This document shows positions 52,209-64,000 of a stretch of 64,000 bases of DNA, piece by piece. The stretch's first letter is position 1. Each line of letters opens with the position of its first letter. The stretch is from the NCBI GenBank assembly GCA_951406725.2, contig OX597814.1, positions 201,810,001 through 201,874,000 on the forward strand. The letters are read 5' to 3'. The notes beneath the pieces were generated by a model. That model was given only the letters and a program-made list of their open reading frames with translations. It was not told the DNA's origin and did no database searches. Made by a program: the position numbers and the translations under genes. This stretch comes from Octopus vulgaris. Taxonomy: Eukaryota.

Positions 52209-52775
52209 GTAAGTACAAATAAAATGGTTATTTCACAAAGATGTAAGGAAATTGGGAAGAGAACAGACGAAAATATAAAAGAACATTTTTGTTTAGATTT
52301 TTTGTTCATAATTTTGTTTTTCTTGAAATTAGAAATATAAACAAAGTAACTTAAAATCATGCTTCATGAAAAATTTGATTGAGGAAAGTAAAGCTGTGAG
52401 TGCATGTCTAGGCAATTGTGTGGATGTGTGGCTTGCTGTGAGGAGTGGAAAATTTAATGTTGCAGATGGATTCCTTTTTTAAGGAAATATTGAAAGGTGA
52501 GAAATTAATGGGGGACACAAGTGGTGTACATTTTCTAAGTTGAAAACAAGAAAAAAACTGGCTGCAACTGATAAGGAATGCAGGACCATATGAACATCAG
52601 AAGTGGTAGGAGAAACTGTGTGGGAAGGTAGAAGGAAAGAGTAAAAGAATGAGGAGGAGAAGCAGGCAAATTTGAGTGTGAGGTGAAGGGGAAAAGCTGA
52701 GGAAGAAGGGAGTTGAAGGATAAGAAAGGGTTTAATGAACTAAAAGGTGATGGAGTAGAAGGAAAAAGCATTCCT

Positions 52776-53003
52776 ATTTCTTTATTACCCACAAGGGGCT
52801 AAACACAGAGAAGACGAACAAGGACAAAGGGATTAAGTCGATTACATCGACTCCAGTGCATAACTGGTACTTAATTTATTGACCCCCAAAAGGATGAAAG
52901 GCAAAGATGGCCTCGGCGGAATTTGAACTCAGAACATAACGGCAGACGAAATACAGCTACGCATTTCACCCAGTGTGCTAACGTTTCTGCCAGCTCACCA
53001 CCC
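52776..53003 (-). mobile_element. SINE family B
   Basis: 19-bp TSD agaaggaaaaagcattcct at 52757-52775 and 53007-53025. Confidence 0.9.
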
Positions 53004-53771
53004 TAAAGAAGGAAAAAGCATTCCTTTAAACCTGTTGGTGACCTGGTGCCAAGTTTACATATGAAGCATTGTTGCCCTCCATTTCCTTGAAAATGTGGAT
53101 CCCTGATGTGCAGAGATGCTACACACTGGGAAATGAGTGAAGAAATGGCCAGTAGTGTTGAATTGGGTGGTGACCAATTGGCCCAGCATTCATAGTAGTA
53201 TGTTTCGAATGTGCTCCAAAAAAGGATCAGCAACACCGGTCCTTATATTAACTACAACCATCACAGGACCTAAGTCACAATATTACATTACTCAGAAACT
53301 TCTGTTGCACCTCATCTAACCTTGTATGGGGCAAATAAACATCAGAGATGTTTTTCCCCATGCAGCGACTGCAAGAGCTCCTCAGAGGTTTTGCAAGATC
53401 TTCCATCAGCAGGTATGTCAGGACCACAAATGTTTCACCCCTTAACCTGTACGCTTCACCTCTATGGAGCAGCAAGGACTGAGCTAGTTTCCACCAATGG
53501 AAGGGTTTCATTTATCATCTCTTACTGATCATAGATATCTTGAGCTTGTTTCAGCAACCATGCCTGTTGCCTTGATGGTTTTCTTTACTTGTCTGGGTTC
53601 CAGACATATTTTCTGCTGGAAATTATTCATGAAGCAAGATGGAAAGTCGGTCATGACATTTGCGATTCTGAAGATCAGTTGTTCTTTTCATGATGCAGTT
53701 TTTGTGCTTTCGAAGTTCTGACAACTTTTATACATTGCTGTCTTTGAGGCATTTGTCTGAGAAAAAAAAAA

Positions 53772-53998
53772 GCTGAGCTGGCAGAATCGTTAGCACGCCA
53801 GGCGAAATGCTTAGCGGTATTTCGTCTGCCGTTACGTTCTGAGTTCAAATTCCGCCAAGGTCAACTTTGCCTTTCATCTTTTTGGGGGTCGATAAATTAA
53901 GTACCAGTTATGCACTGGAGTCGATGTAATCAACTTAATCACTTTGTCTGTCCTTGTTTGTCCACTCTATGTTTAGCCCCTTGTGGGCAATAAAGAAA
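53772..53998 (+). mobile_element. SINE family B
   Basis: Full length. Confidence 0.9.
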
Positions 53999-54996
53999 TG
54001 AGATGGAAAGTCATAGCAGTCAATTGCAAAAGGGAATAAAGGTACATGCCGGCCCTTGACAATGGCCTCATCTAAGTCCTGATACTTCAATTTGTTTTTT
54101 ACATGTTGAGAGATATTGACTCTGTCCTCAAGTGTACTATGAGTTCAACTACAATTATTGTTTTTGTATTCCTGGAGAGCAGGAACATATCTGGTCAGAA
54201 TGATGTTACCACTGTCTCTTTTGGGAAGACAAGTCCAATTGTATCTTCCATCCTGAGGCCGAACACAAATAGCACCTTGTATATTAGAGAAATAATGCTT
54301 TGCTGATTGCTTTCAGGAACATATTTGAAGAATGTTATGATGCATGCCTAGCTTACCTGTCACCAGCCACCTTAAAACTACAAGCCATTCCATCATTCAG
54401 TTATCAGCATGCAGCATCTCTGCAATCCATGGAATTGTATCTTCAAAGAAACAGAGAGAAGAATGTTTCATTTTTGGATTCGGCATCATGTCACCAAAAA
54501 GTTTAAATGAGCCTGGGAGAAAAATTATGCAAGGTTTTAGAGATCAGCTGCCCTAGCAGATGTTAATACCTCATCAAATATTGCTGGAAAGAATATCTAT
54601 GCAGGATTAATGAAAAACCTTTGGTCCTTAGATACAGGCAATAAATTGTCATATGTTCCTATTTATCATTTATCATTTCTGTGCCTGCATAGGTAACAAT
54701 GCATTTGCATAAAAGCTTAGAAATAGTAACAGTTGGTTCCAAAGAGGAACCATTGAAGCTGATACGTATTCTCCAAATGTGGTTGATTAGTGGCACAGTG
54801 AAAATTAGTAAAATATTCTGTGAATTCTCCATTTAAGGTTCTTGGGTGTAGCAAATACATACAATTACGTACAGATATAGAATTCACACACACACGAGCA
54901 CAAAGTTATTCACACATACACACATGCATACATACATAAATGCATACGTAGATACATCCATCCATCCATCCATCCATCCATCCATCCATCCATCCA

Positions 54997-55030
<34 letters not shown>

Positions 55031-55122
55031 CATACATACATGCACGCATAAATACATACATACATACATATATACATACACACACATACATGCATACATA
55101 CATACATACATACATACATACA

Positions 55123-55153
<31 letters not shown>

Positions 55154-55795
55154 TGTGCACAGTTGTGGAAATTAGCTGCTTGGAGGATGTTAACATAAAG
55201 CTGAATATCAGTGAAAAAGAAAACACCTATGCTGAACTATTGAGAAATATGTAGTTAATCTATCCAGATTACAAGTTCAGGTTTATACCTGTAATTATTG
55301 GGGCACTGGATATGTAACACATTGCCTAAATACCGACCTTGGGAAATTAGGCTTCTCAAAACCAGAAAGTAGAAAGCTAATTTGAAGACTACAGATCGAA
55401 GCCATCACTGGAACTGTAAGAATCTGTAAAACTTTCCAGAGGTTTATCATTTAAATATATATGAGCAAGTCTAGATATGTTTTATGCATGAGAATACATA
55501 CATAAAATATACAAATCTGAACATACATACACACATACATACATACATACATACATACATACATACACACACATACACACATACGCACATACGCACATAC
55601 ATACATGCATGCATACATACATACATACATACATACATACATACATACATACATACATACATACATACATGCATACATACATACAAAAATACCCTGTTGT
55701 TGATGTTGAAATTTCAATGAAGGAGCCTTGAATCTAGATTAGAAACTGGCTCTTCCTCTAATGGCAGGAAATGTTGAAATAAACTGAAAAATGAC
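55154..55795 (+). mobile_element. R4/Dong-like LINE 3' end (copy 2)
   Basis: CTVVEISCLEDVNIKLNISEKENTYAELLRN…; 3' UTR matches 5165-5357. Confidence 0.85.
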
Positions 55796-55996
55796 TCATA
55801 CATACATTTACTAACCAATCCATGAACCCACAAACCCTGAGATCAGTTTTAATTTAAACAAATGAGTCTTGCTACTTCATTAGTGATCAGCTTGAATTCT
55901 TCAAATAAAACCATATACTTATGCACATATGTTCATACATATGCAATCATGCACACACACACACACATGCATACATGCATACATACATACATGCAT

Positions 55997-56027
<31 letters not shown>

Positions 56028-56580
56028 CACACATACATACAGATACATATATGTGTGCATACATACACAAATACATGCATGCATATGGAAATAGGTACAT
56101 ACACACAGGCAGACAAACAGACAGATAGACAGACATGCATGAACATACAAGTGAACACTTTGATTGATTCTCTAGAAACATGGAAATGGTATTTGCTGAG
56201 TGAAAACCCTTAAAATAGACATTTTGATTTGCCATTGAACGAATTGTCCAAAAATACAACCAATGTTTCCAAGTAAGAATGACAAGTCGTTAAATGAAGG
56301 CAATCATGTTTGATAGGATGGACAAGTTAACAAGTGAAGAACAAGAAACAAAGACAAGTGTAAAACCATCACAGCCCTGACTTTACAAGGTAAGTTTGCA
56401 CTGTGTTGTGTTGGGCCTTTTAAGCTGCACATAATAGTTTCGAATTTTAGCACATGCTCAGTAATTTTGAGGAGAGTGGGGAAATACTTGATCTTGGCAG
56501 GATTTGAACTCAGAATATAAAAACCTAGAACGAATGACATTGAGCATAAACTACATACAACAACAACAGCTGCAGCAAGT

Positions 56581-56890
56581 GGAGGCGCAATGGCCCAATG
56601 GTTAGGGCAGTGGACTCGAGGTCGGAGGATCACGGTTTCGATTCCCAGATTGGGCGTTGTGTGTGTTTATTGAGTGAAAGCACCTAAAGCTCCACGAGGC
56701 TCCAGCAGGGGGTGGTGGTGACCCCTGTCGTGCTCTTTCGCTCCAACTTTCTCTCACTCTTTCTTCCTGTTTCTTGTCCCCAACTTCCTACACAACCGCT
56801 GAGCTTGGATGCGCATTCATCCATCCGTCGATGCTCTCGGTGTCGGGGGTTGACCTGCTTTCTCTTCTGCGGGTCTTACGAAAAGCAAAG
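56581..56890 (+). mobile_element. tRNA(Arg)-like SINE family C
   Basis: A box tggcccaatgg, anticodon-like ctcga, B box gtttcgattcc. Confidence 0.8.
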
Positions 56891-58189
56891 GACCACGTCT
56901 TGGACTTCTCTCACTACAGAAGACCACTCAACATCAACATCAACATCAACAGCAGCAGCATCAATGATGATAATAATAATAGGGAGTCAGGTGCAGCTCT
57001 CCAGCTTACCAGTTCTGGCCAAACCGTCCAACCCATACCATCATGGACAGCAGATGTTAAATGAGGATGATAATGACGATGATTATGATGATGATGATGA
57101 TGATAGTTTCAAATTTTGGCCCAAGGCCAACAGTTCTGGGGGAGGGGTTAAGTCAATTAGATGAAACCCCCTATTCCCTGCCAGAGCTCAACAGGTACTT
57201 ATTTTAGTGACATCAAAAGGAAGGAAGAAAGGCTAGGTCGACCTTGGAATTTGAACTCAGAGCATGAAGACAGATGAAATGCTGCAAAGCATTTTGCTTG
57301 GCATGTCAAGCATTAATGAAGAGCCCTTGACTACAACAAGACGACCAAAGTTTTTTGTTCCAAGGTCTGGGGTCTCCCGCCCCTAAGCCCAAGACCATTA
57401 CCCCTAATCACCCTTACCTGTCTTGTTGCTTAACAACAACAACAACAACAGTTCAAGCAAACCATTAATAGCATCAACATGACCAGTCTTGAAGAACCTG
57501 TAACGGCCTTGGACACAAAGCGAAAAGTTAGCACAAAAAAAAAGACCATATTAGCAATGAATGAAGCGGAGACTGAGGTCTTAATTCTGAAGGGAAAAAC
57601 AATATTTTTGGTCAGAATCTTAACATGGAAACATTCTTTCCAGCAGATGAAAGAATATTTTTTCCTGTGGTTTACAATCACAAAATAGATAACAGTATCA
57701 GAACATCTAATTAACAAAAGAAGAAGCATGCAGTATAAAAATTGACACTTGCCTTCCCTCGGGGAACGTTAACTATACCTATATTGCACAGCATCATAAA
57801 TAAAAAATAGATAAGTTCACTTAGATGTGATCAAGATTGCAGAAAGATTTTTGAACGATACTTCTTGCTACCATCAGCAAATGTCAGCATTAAGATTTTG
57901 TTTTTCATCATAGCAACTAAAATACAAAAATTAATGGACATAGAATAATGTATATTAAAATATTCATGCATAATAAAGAAAATATATTTTCTTTCAGAAT
58001 GGAGACTGCAATTCTAGTTAATACTTAATCAGTGAGAAAACGGACAATGTGTAGAAGATAATAGCATGAAATATTGTACACTGTTGCACAAATACATGAA
58101 AGATATGATGGGAAATAAGCTGCATGGTAACTTGGGTGAATGTCTACTACAAGAACCATGGGTTGTCTCATAAGATGTGAGTGGAATTT

Positions 58190-58661
58190 AGAGACCTTTG
58201 AACATTAGGTCTGACAGAGGCAATGACAGAACCTTTGGAGATATGCTGTGATTGAGAAGACCCATCATCTAAAGTGAGATCACAGTCACACATGTCTGGC
58301 CCTGTTAAGAATACCTCTGGTGTGCTGGGTGATTATGAAATGCTTGAGAAGTCCTGCTGAATCAAGTAAAACCAATATCATAGCTGTGGTTCCTGTGCCG
58401 GTGGTATATAAAAAGCACCGTCTGAATGTGGTTAATGCAAGGTCTGCCTGACTGGCTCCTGTGGCAGTGGCACATAAAAAGCACCCACTACGCTCTCGGA
58501 GTGGTTGGCGTTAGGAAGGGCATCCAGCTGTAGAAACATTGCTAGATCAGGTTGGAGCCGGGTGCAGCCGCTGGCTCTCCAGACTTCAGTCAAACCGTCC
58601 AACCCATGCCAGCATGGAAAACGGACATTAAACGATGATGATGATGATGATGATGATGATG
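58190..58661 (+). mobile_element. RTE 3' fragment
   Basis: Family terminus with (GAT)n. Confidence 0.9.
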
Positions 58662-59122
58662 AAACTGTGTAGAAACTGCATATTTAGTACAACCTGTTGC
58701 ATGATTGGGTTGTCATGACTAAACTGGTAACCCCACAAAGCTTGCTTATTAAGGAGGAAGATTTTAAAAACCCTGCAAGAGGGAAAATTATGACCTGTCA
58801 AAGAAGGACAAACTCGGAAGAATCAATTACAATTCAATAATGTGGTGTGGGGGCGAAGGATGGGTGGGGTGGTGGGTGGACATGAAAATATTTGCGATGA
58901 TGAATGAATGCAGTGTAAATTAATTCTGAGTAATGAATCTCTAGAACAAGGATATTTTGATGTAAAGCATGAAGGTCGTACGGTTTCTCTTTGTCTCAGC
59001 CAGTGACTGGTCAGAATTAAAACGACCCATTCCATTGGGAAACAGAAATCAATTTCTGTATTGCTTCATTCATTGCAACAAATTTCACAAACAGAAATTA
59101 TTCAGGAAACACTCTATGGATC

Positions 59123-59610
59123 ATACAGTTCTTTATTTATGAGATGAGGAATTATGTACATTATTTACATTATTTACATTTGATGAATATTTGTCCTCAT
59201 CTCATTTGTTGTTAACACAACGTTTCAGCTGATATACTCTTCAGCCTTCATCAGGTGTCTTGGGGAAATTTCCATCCTGGATTCTCATTCCTAAGGTATT
59301 TTTCGATGTTATCCTGCACAGGAAAGTTAGATGTTTTGAAAGACGAGCTAGTTTTTGATGGAGTTTCTCTAAATGTCTCCATTGAAGTCTACTGTTGGCT
59401 CCGTACCAATTAGATAATACAGTTCTATATTTAAGAGATGAGGAATTATGTACATTATTTCCATTATTTACATTTGATGGATATTTGTCCTCATCTTGTT
59501 TGTTGTTAACACGTTTCAGCTGATATACTCTCCAGCTTTCATCAGGTGTATTGGGGAAATTTCGAACCTGTGTTCTCATTCCTTAGGTATTTTTCAATAT
59601 TATTATTATT
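59123..59610 (-). mobile_element. Tandem pLTR-ORF start-pLTR copy of the HHR Penelope-type element
   Basis: Two direct ~190-bp units each with CTGATGA…GAAA, separated by ~105 bp encoding LSNWYG…WRHLEKLHQKLARLSKHLTFLCR. Confidence 0.8.
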
Positions 59611-60867
59611 TCTCAAGAGATCATAGGTACAATAGATTATCAGAAATCTCTGGGTGATTGACCACATAAAAGGCACCCCAATACTTCACAAGTATGTCCT
59701 TGATTCGAGAGAGAGTGTGGCCTAGTGGTCAGAGTATTGCACTCGTGATCACAAGATCATGATTTCAATTCATGGTGGTGCACTGTGATTGTGGGTGTGC
59801 AAAACATTTCATATCATGTTGTTCTGTGATCACTTTGACACCTGACATGTGGTACACCGTGCACCTGTTCAGGTAATGTCAATTTGATGGAGAGAGTCAG
59901 CTAATGTACAGCCACATACATTTAATCTCAATAAATGTATATATATGTATATGTATACGTATATGTATATGTGTGTGTGTACATGGGCATCCAGCTGTAG
60001 AAACTCTGCCGGATCAGATTGGAGTCTGGTGCAGCCATCTGGTTCGCCAGACCTCAGTCAAATCATCCAACCCATGCTAGCATGGAAAGCGGACGTTAAA
60101 CGATGATGATGATGATGTGTGTGTGTGAGTGTGTATATATGTTTGTTTGTCTTTGTTTGTCCCCCCCCCCATCATCGCTTGACAACCAATGCTGGTGTGT
60201 TTACGTCCCCGTAACTTAGTGGTTTGGCAAAAGAGGCTGATAGAATAAGTACTAGGCTTACAAAGAATAAGTCCTAGGGTAGATTTGCACGACTAAAAGG
60301 TGGTGCTCCAGCATGGCCGCAGCCAAATGAATGAAACAAGTAAAAGAGTAATAGAGTAAGGAATTGCAGAACTGTCTTTCCTGGACTATGAGAGACTGAA
60401 CCCAGGGCCATGTGGTTGAGAAGGAAGTTTCTTACCACATAGCATTGTCTGCACCTATATATTTGATCTTAATGAATAACACATGTTTTTAATCAGCCCA
60501 TATCTGCAAGTTTATGGCTAATCTAAGCGATTTTGTACATGTTTTTTTTATCATCCTCTGTCTGCAAGTGTTCTTCTCTTCATTTTCTGTTTCTTTGTCA
60601 TTTTTGAAATTGTCAATTTTTCCATTGCTCTTTCTCCTGTAACACCCTCCTGTCTCATGGAAATCAACATCGCATGTGGTTGTAGTTTTTCATAGCAAAG
60701 CATTGCAATGTCACCTTGTGTATAACTGACTGCTTTTCTGTTCTGAATTATTTTATTTTTTTTTTTGCAGGAGGAACAATAACAAGCCATCCACATAGAT
60801 ATATGTTCTATGATTTATGATATTATATTTCATTGCTTCAAAATGTTTGCTCTTCCACCATCTGTCA

Positions 60868-61376
60868 GTTTACATTATTTACATTATTTCCATTTGATGG
60901 ATATTTGTCCTCATCTTGTTTGTTGCAAACACAATGTTTCAGCTGATATACCCTCCAGCCTTCATCAGGTGTCTTGGAGAAATTTTGAACCTGGGTTCTC
61001 ATTCCTAAGGTATTTTTCAATGTTATTATTATTATCATTATTATTGTTGTTGTTGTTGTTATTGTTCAGTTCACTGCTTGGAATCTTGGGGATAGTAGCC
61101 CATGCGCTTAACCTCAAGATTCCGAGTTCGATTCCAAGCAGTGACCTGAATAATAACAAGAATAATAATGATAATAACATCGAAAAATACCTTAGGAATG
61201 AGAACCCAGGTTCGAAATTTCCCCAGGACACCTGAAGAAGGCTGGAGGGGGGTATATCAGCTGAAACATTGTGTTAACAACAAGCAAGATGAGGACAAAT
61301 ATCCATCAAATGAAAATAATGGAAATAATGTAAATAATGTACATAATTCCTCATCTCTTAAATATAGAAGTGTATC
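60868..61376. mobile_element. Fold-back tRNA-head/HHR Penelope-type element
   Basis: ~240-bp inverted arms meeting near 61110 inside the tRNA-like head; HHRs 60928-60973 (minus) and 61227-61275 (plus). Confidence 0.85.
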
Positions 61377-61704
61377 TGTCAGTTTGTCGTAACAACAACA
61401 ACACCAACACTTGCCACATGGTAGAACCGAACCAGAAACTATGCGGTTGAGAAGCAAACTTCTTATCCACACAACCAGCTATTTGTGCTGTGCAATGACT
61501 GTTATAAATTCTATGTCTGTAAACCAATGTCTTGGAAATTGCAGATTATATGTGCAAATATGGCATGAAAAGAAACAGTTTTTTATTCATTGAGATCAAA
61601 CAAAATCATTCGATCCATTGCATTGTCTTCTGGGACTCAGGGCCAGAAGAATTAAATCTCATCTTAGTAAAGAATTTGTTGAGGAAGTTTAATCCTTTAG
61701 CAGT

Positions 61705-62150
61705 TATTGTTGCCAGAGCAGCTGACTGGCTTTCGTGCCGGTGACACGTAAAAAACACCATTCGAGTGTGATTGTTACCAGCATCGCCTTACTGGCACTT
61801 GTGCTGGTGGCACATGGAAAAACATTTGAGCAAGGTTGTTGCCAGGGCCGCTGGACTGGCTTCTGTGCAGTTGGCACCTAAAAAACACCATTTGAGCGTA
61901 GCCATTGCTAGTACCACCTGACTGACCTTCGTCCCGGTGGCAAGTAAAAGCACCCACTATGCTCTCAGAGTGGTTGGTGTTAGGAAGGGTATACAGCTGT
62001 AGAAACTCTGCCAGACCAAGATTGGAGCCTGGTGCAGTCATCTGATTCACCAGTCCTCGGTCAAATCGTCCAACCCATGCTAGCATGGAAAGCTGATGTT
62101 AAACGATGATGATGATGATGATGATGATGATTATGATGATGATGATGATG
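61705..62150 (+). mobile_element. RTE 3'-UTR fragment
   Basis: Family terminus with (GAT)n. Confidence 0.9.
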
Positions 62151-62650
62151 ATTACTCCATTAAATGTAAAGTTTATTCATTCACATTGTTTTCAATTAAT
62201 TATGTGTTATCTTATAATTTCAAGATTTGATTGTTTACTTTTACACAGACATTGTGGTATAGGTGGGAGAGCCAAGATCTGGCTAGTTTAAATATAAAGC
62301 AGAAAGAATATTTTGACTGAATATAATCAGTTTAAACACTAAGGGTTAATGTCAGACAATGTTAAAATCTACCCAAATAGTTCATATCAAAGAATATTGG
62401 TAAGATATGTGATTTACCATATCTTACCAATTAATTTATAACCATTTTACTATGAAGATATAATGATTTCACCATAATCATATTAATTGTGTCAGTCGTC
62501 ATTTTTCTAGCTAAGAAGATTGGTACAATTAGAATGGGGGTGTAAATGGGAGTGAGATGAATTCCTTAAGAATGCTGCATTTGATTTGTAAAACATGACT
62601 TTCCAGCCAGAATGAACAAAAGCTCTGCCTCACCATTTTTTGAAAATATA

Positions 62651-62868
62651 TTTATTTCTTTATTGCCCACAGAGGGATAAACATAGAGAGGACAAACAGA
62701 GGGATTAAGTCGATTACATCGATCCCAGTGTGTAACTGGTACTCATTTAATTGACCCCGAAAGGACGAGAGGCAAAGTTGACCTCAGCAGAATTTGAACT
62801 CAGAACGTAACGGCAGACAAAATACTGCTAAGCCTTTCGCTGGTGCGTTAACAATTTCTGCCAGCCCG
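62651..62868 (-). mobile_element. SINE family B
   Basis: Near full length. Confidence 0.85.
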
Positions 62869-63139
62869 CAGAGAGGAGATAAGCTATCATGGTTCCTTAA
62901 TACCAAAATAATTACTAGGATTTTAAAAATTCAAGAAGTCATGTAAGCAACTAATGCATTATTCAAAAATCTAATTAATGCATAATTATCTCATAAAAGG
63001 ATTAAATATCTATTTTGCTTTCGTTTTTAATCTGCCTGTGCATTAAGAAATACTTACCATAAATGCATGGCACCACCTTGTAATCCTTCTCTATTTGATG
63101 CATATAAAATTGATCATGTTTTCTGCCAGTTCTATCAAG

Positions 63140-63910
63140 GGAACCTTTTGATACCAACACCACAGAGACAGACCCTGGTTCTATGATACAAAAGATCAAA
63201 TTTCCAAGTAATTCAAATCAAAACCTTTTCATAAAATTTCCCATTAATTTATGTTCCAAACACTAGTTTAATATAGTAAAGTTATTTCACTAAATCCTTC
63301 GTTATTTTCAAAATTAATTAAATTAAACAAAGGCTCTGCATTTAAGTAAAAATGACTCATAAATGATACTTCGTTAACCATTTTGTTACTGCATTTCTAC
63401 TGAAATTCTTACTGAATTTCTACTTAAATGCAAAGCCTTCTGTATACAATCTTCCATTCTCTTTCTGTAACCATTTGTTACCATATTTCTGTGAAATACT
63501 CTGCCTTTGTTTCTTTTAGTTTTGATAATAATGAAGAATTTAATAAAAGAAATGTGAATTATCAAGTTGGTGCTTGCAACACAAATTAACATGGAATTTT
63601 AATGAAAGATTTTAATTTAGTTTAGAACAGGAAGTTTGTATCATAGATCCAAGGGGCAGCCTTAGGTTAAGACAGCATCAAAAAGTTTAACCTTTTTGCT
63701 ATTACATTTCTGTTGAACTACTCAGCCTCTTTTTTTTTCTATTAACTTTGAAGAATTTAGTAAAATAACATTGTTGTTATGAAGCTGGTGGCTGGAACAT
63801 AATTTCACATAAAATTTTGATGGAAAATTTTAATTTAATCCACTTTAAAAAAGAAGTTTGTATCACAGAACCAGCATTGTTATGAGGCAGGTGGTTATCG
63901 GAAGAATTAA
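63140..63910. mobile_element. Cluster of old TTAA-type MITEs related to 50312-50532
   Basis: accttttgataccaac (63142), taaccatttgttaccatatttctg (63468), ttaacctttttgcta (63687). Confidence 0.65.
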
Positions 63911-63918
63911 TATATATA

Positions 63919-64000
63919 GGCATAGACATGGCTCTGGTAAGAAGGTTGCTTCCCAATCACATGGTTCTGGGTTCAGTCCCATTGTGTGGCACCTTGGGCA
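63919..64000 (+). mobile_element. SINE family A head, cut by window end
   Basis: …cacatggttctgggttcagtcccattgtgtggcaccttgggca. Confidence 0.85.

Noticed and set aside
53030-54720. Possible very old CR1-like LINE on the minus strand
   Set aside because: Only faint motifs (WSP, DLAK); too degraded to delimit by eye.
56581-56655. tRNA gene calls for SINE heads (also 9320, 29124, 43085)
   Set aside because: No complete acceptor stem or terminator; they continue into multi-copy SINE bodies.

Overview
AT-rich, repeat-saturated eukaryotic DNA with no convincing intact host protein-coding gene. The repeat complement (RTE and R4/Dong-type LINE fragments, three tRNA-derived SINE families, mariner, Chapaev3-like, Helitron, TTAA MITEs, Penelope-like elements, very long microsatellites) suggests a coleoid cephalopod, probably Octopus, intron or intergenic region (inference, no search run). 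Most listed ORFs are microsatellite read-throughs or decayed TE fragments. The most notable signal is a dense set of hammerhead-ribozyme (HHR) motifs. One family has about 9 arms at 5 loci and joins a tRNA-like Pol III head, an (AAT)n spacer and a Penelope-type pLTR with a minimal type I HHR. It recurs as head-to-head fold-back insertions and once as a tandem running into a Penelope-like ORF N-terminus. A second is a retrozyme-like 431-bp monomer with terminal redundancy. Further unrelated HHRs lie next to (TA)n tracts. Also present are a composite Helitron with stacked ends, a mariner derivative built from two 5' ends, and several nested insertions with readable TSDs. Coordinates were read by eye and may be off by a few bases.
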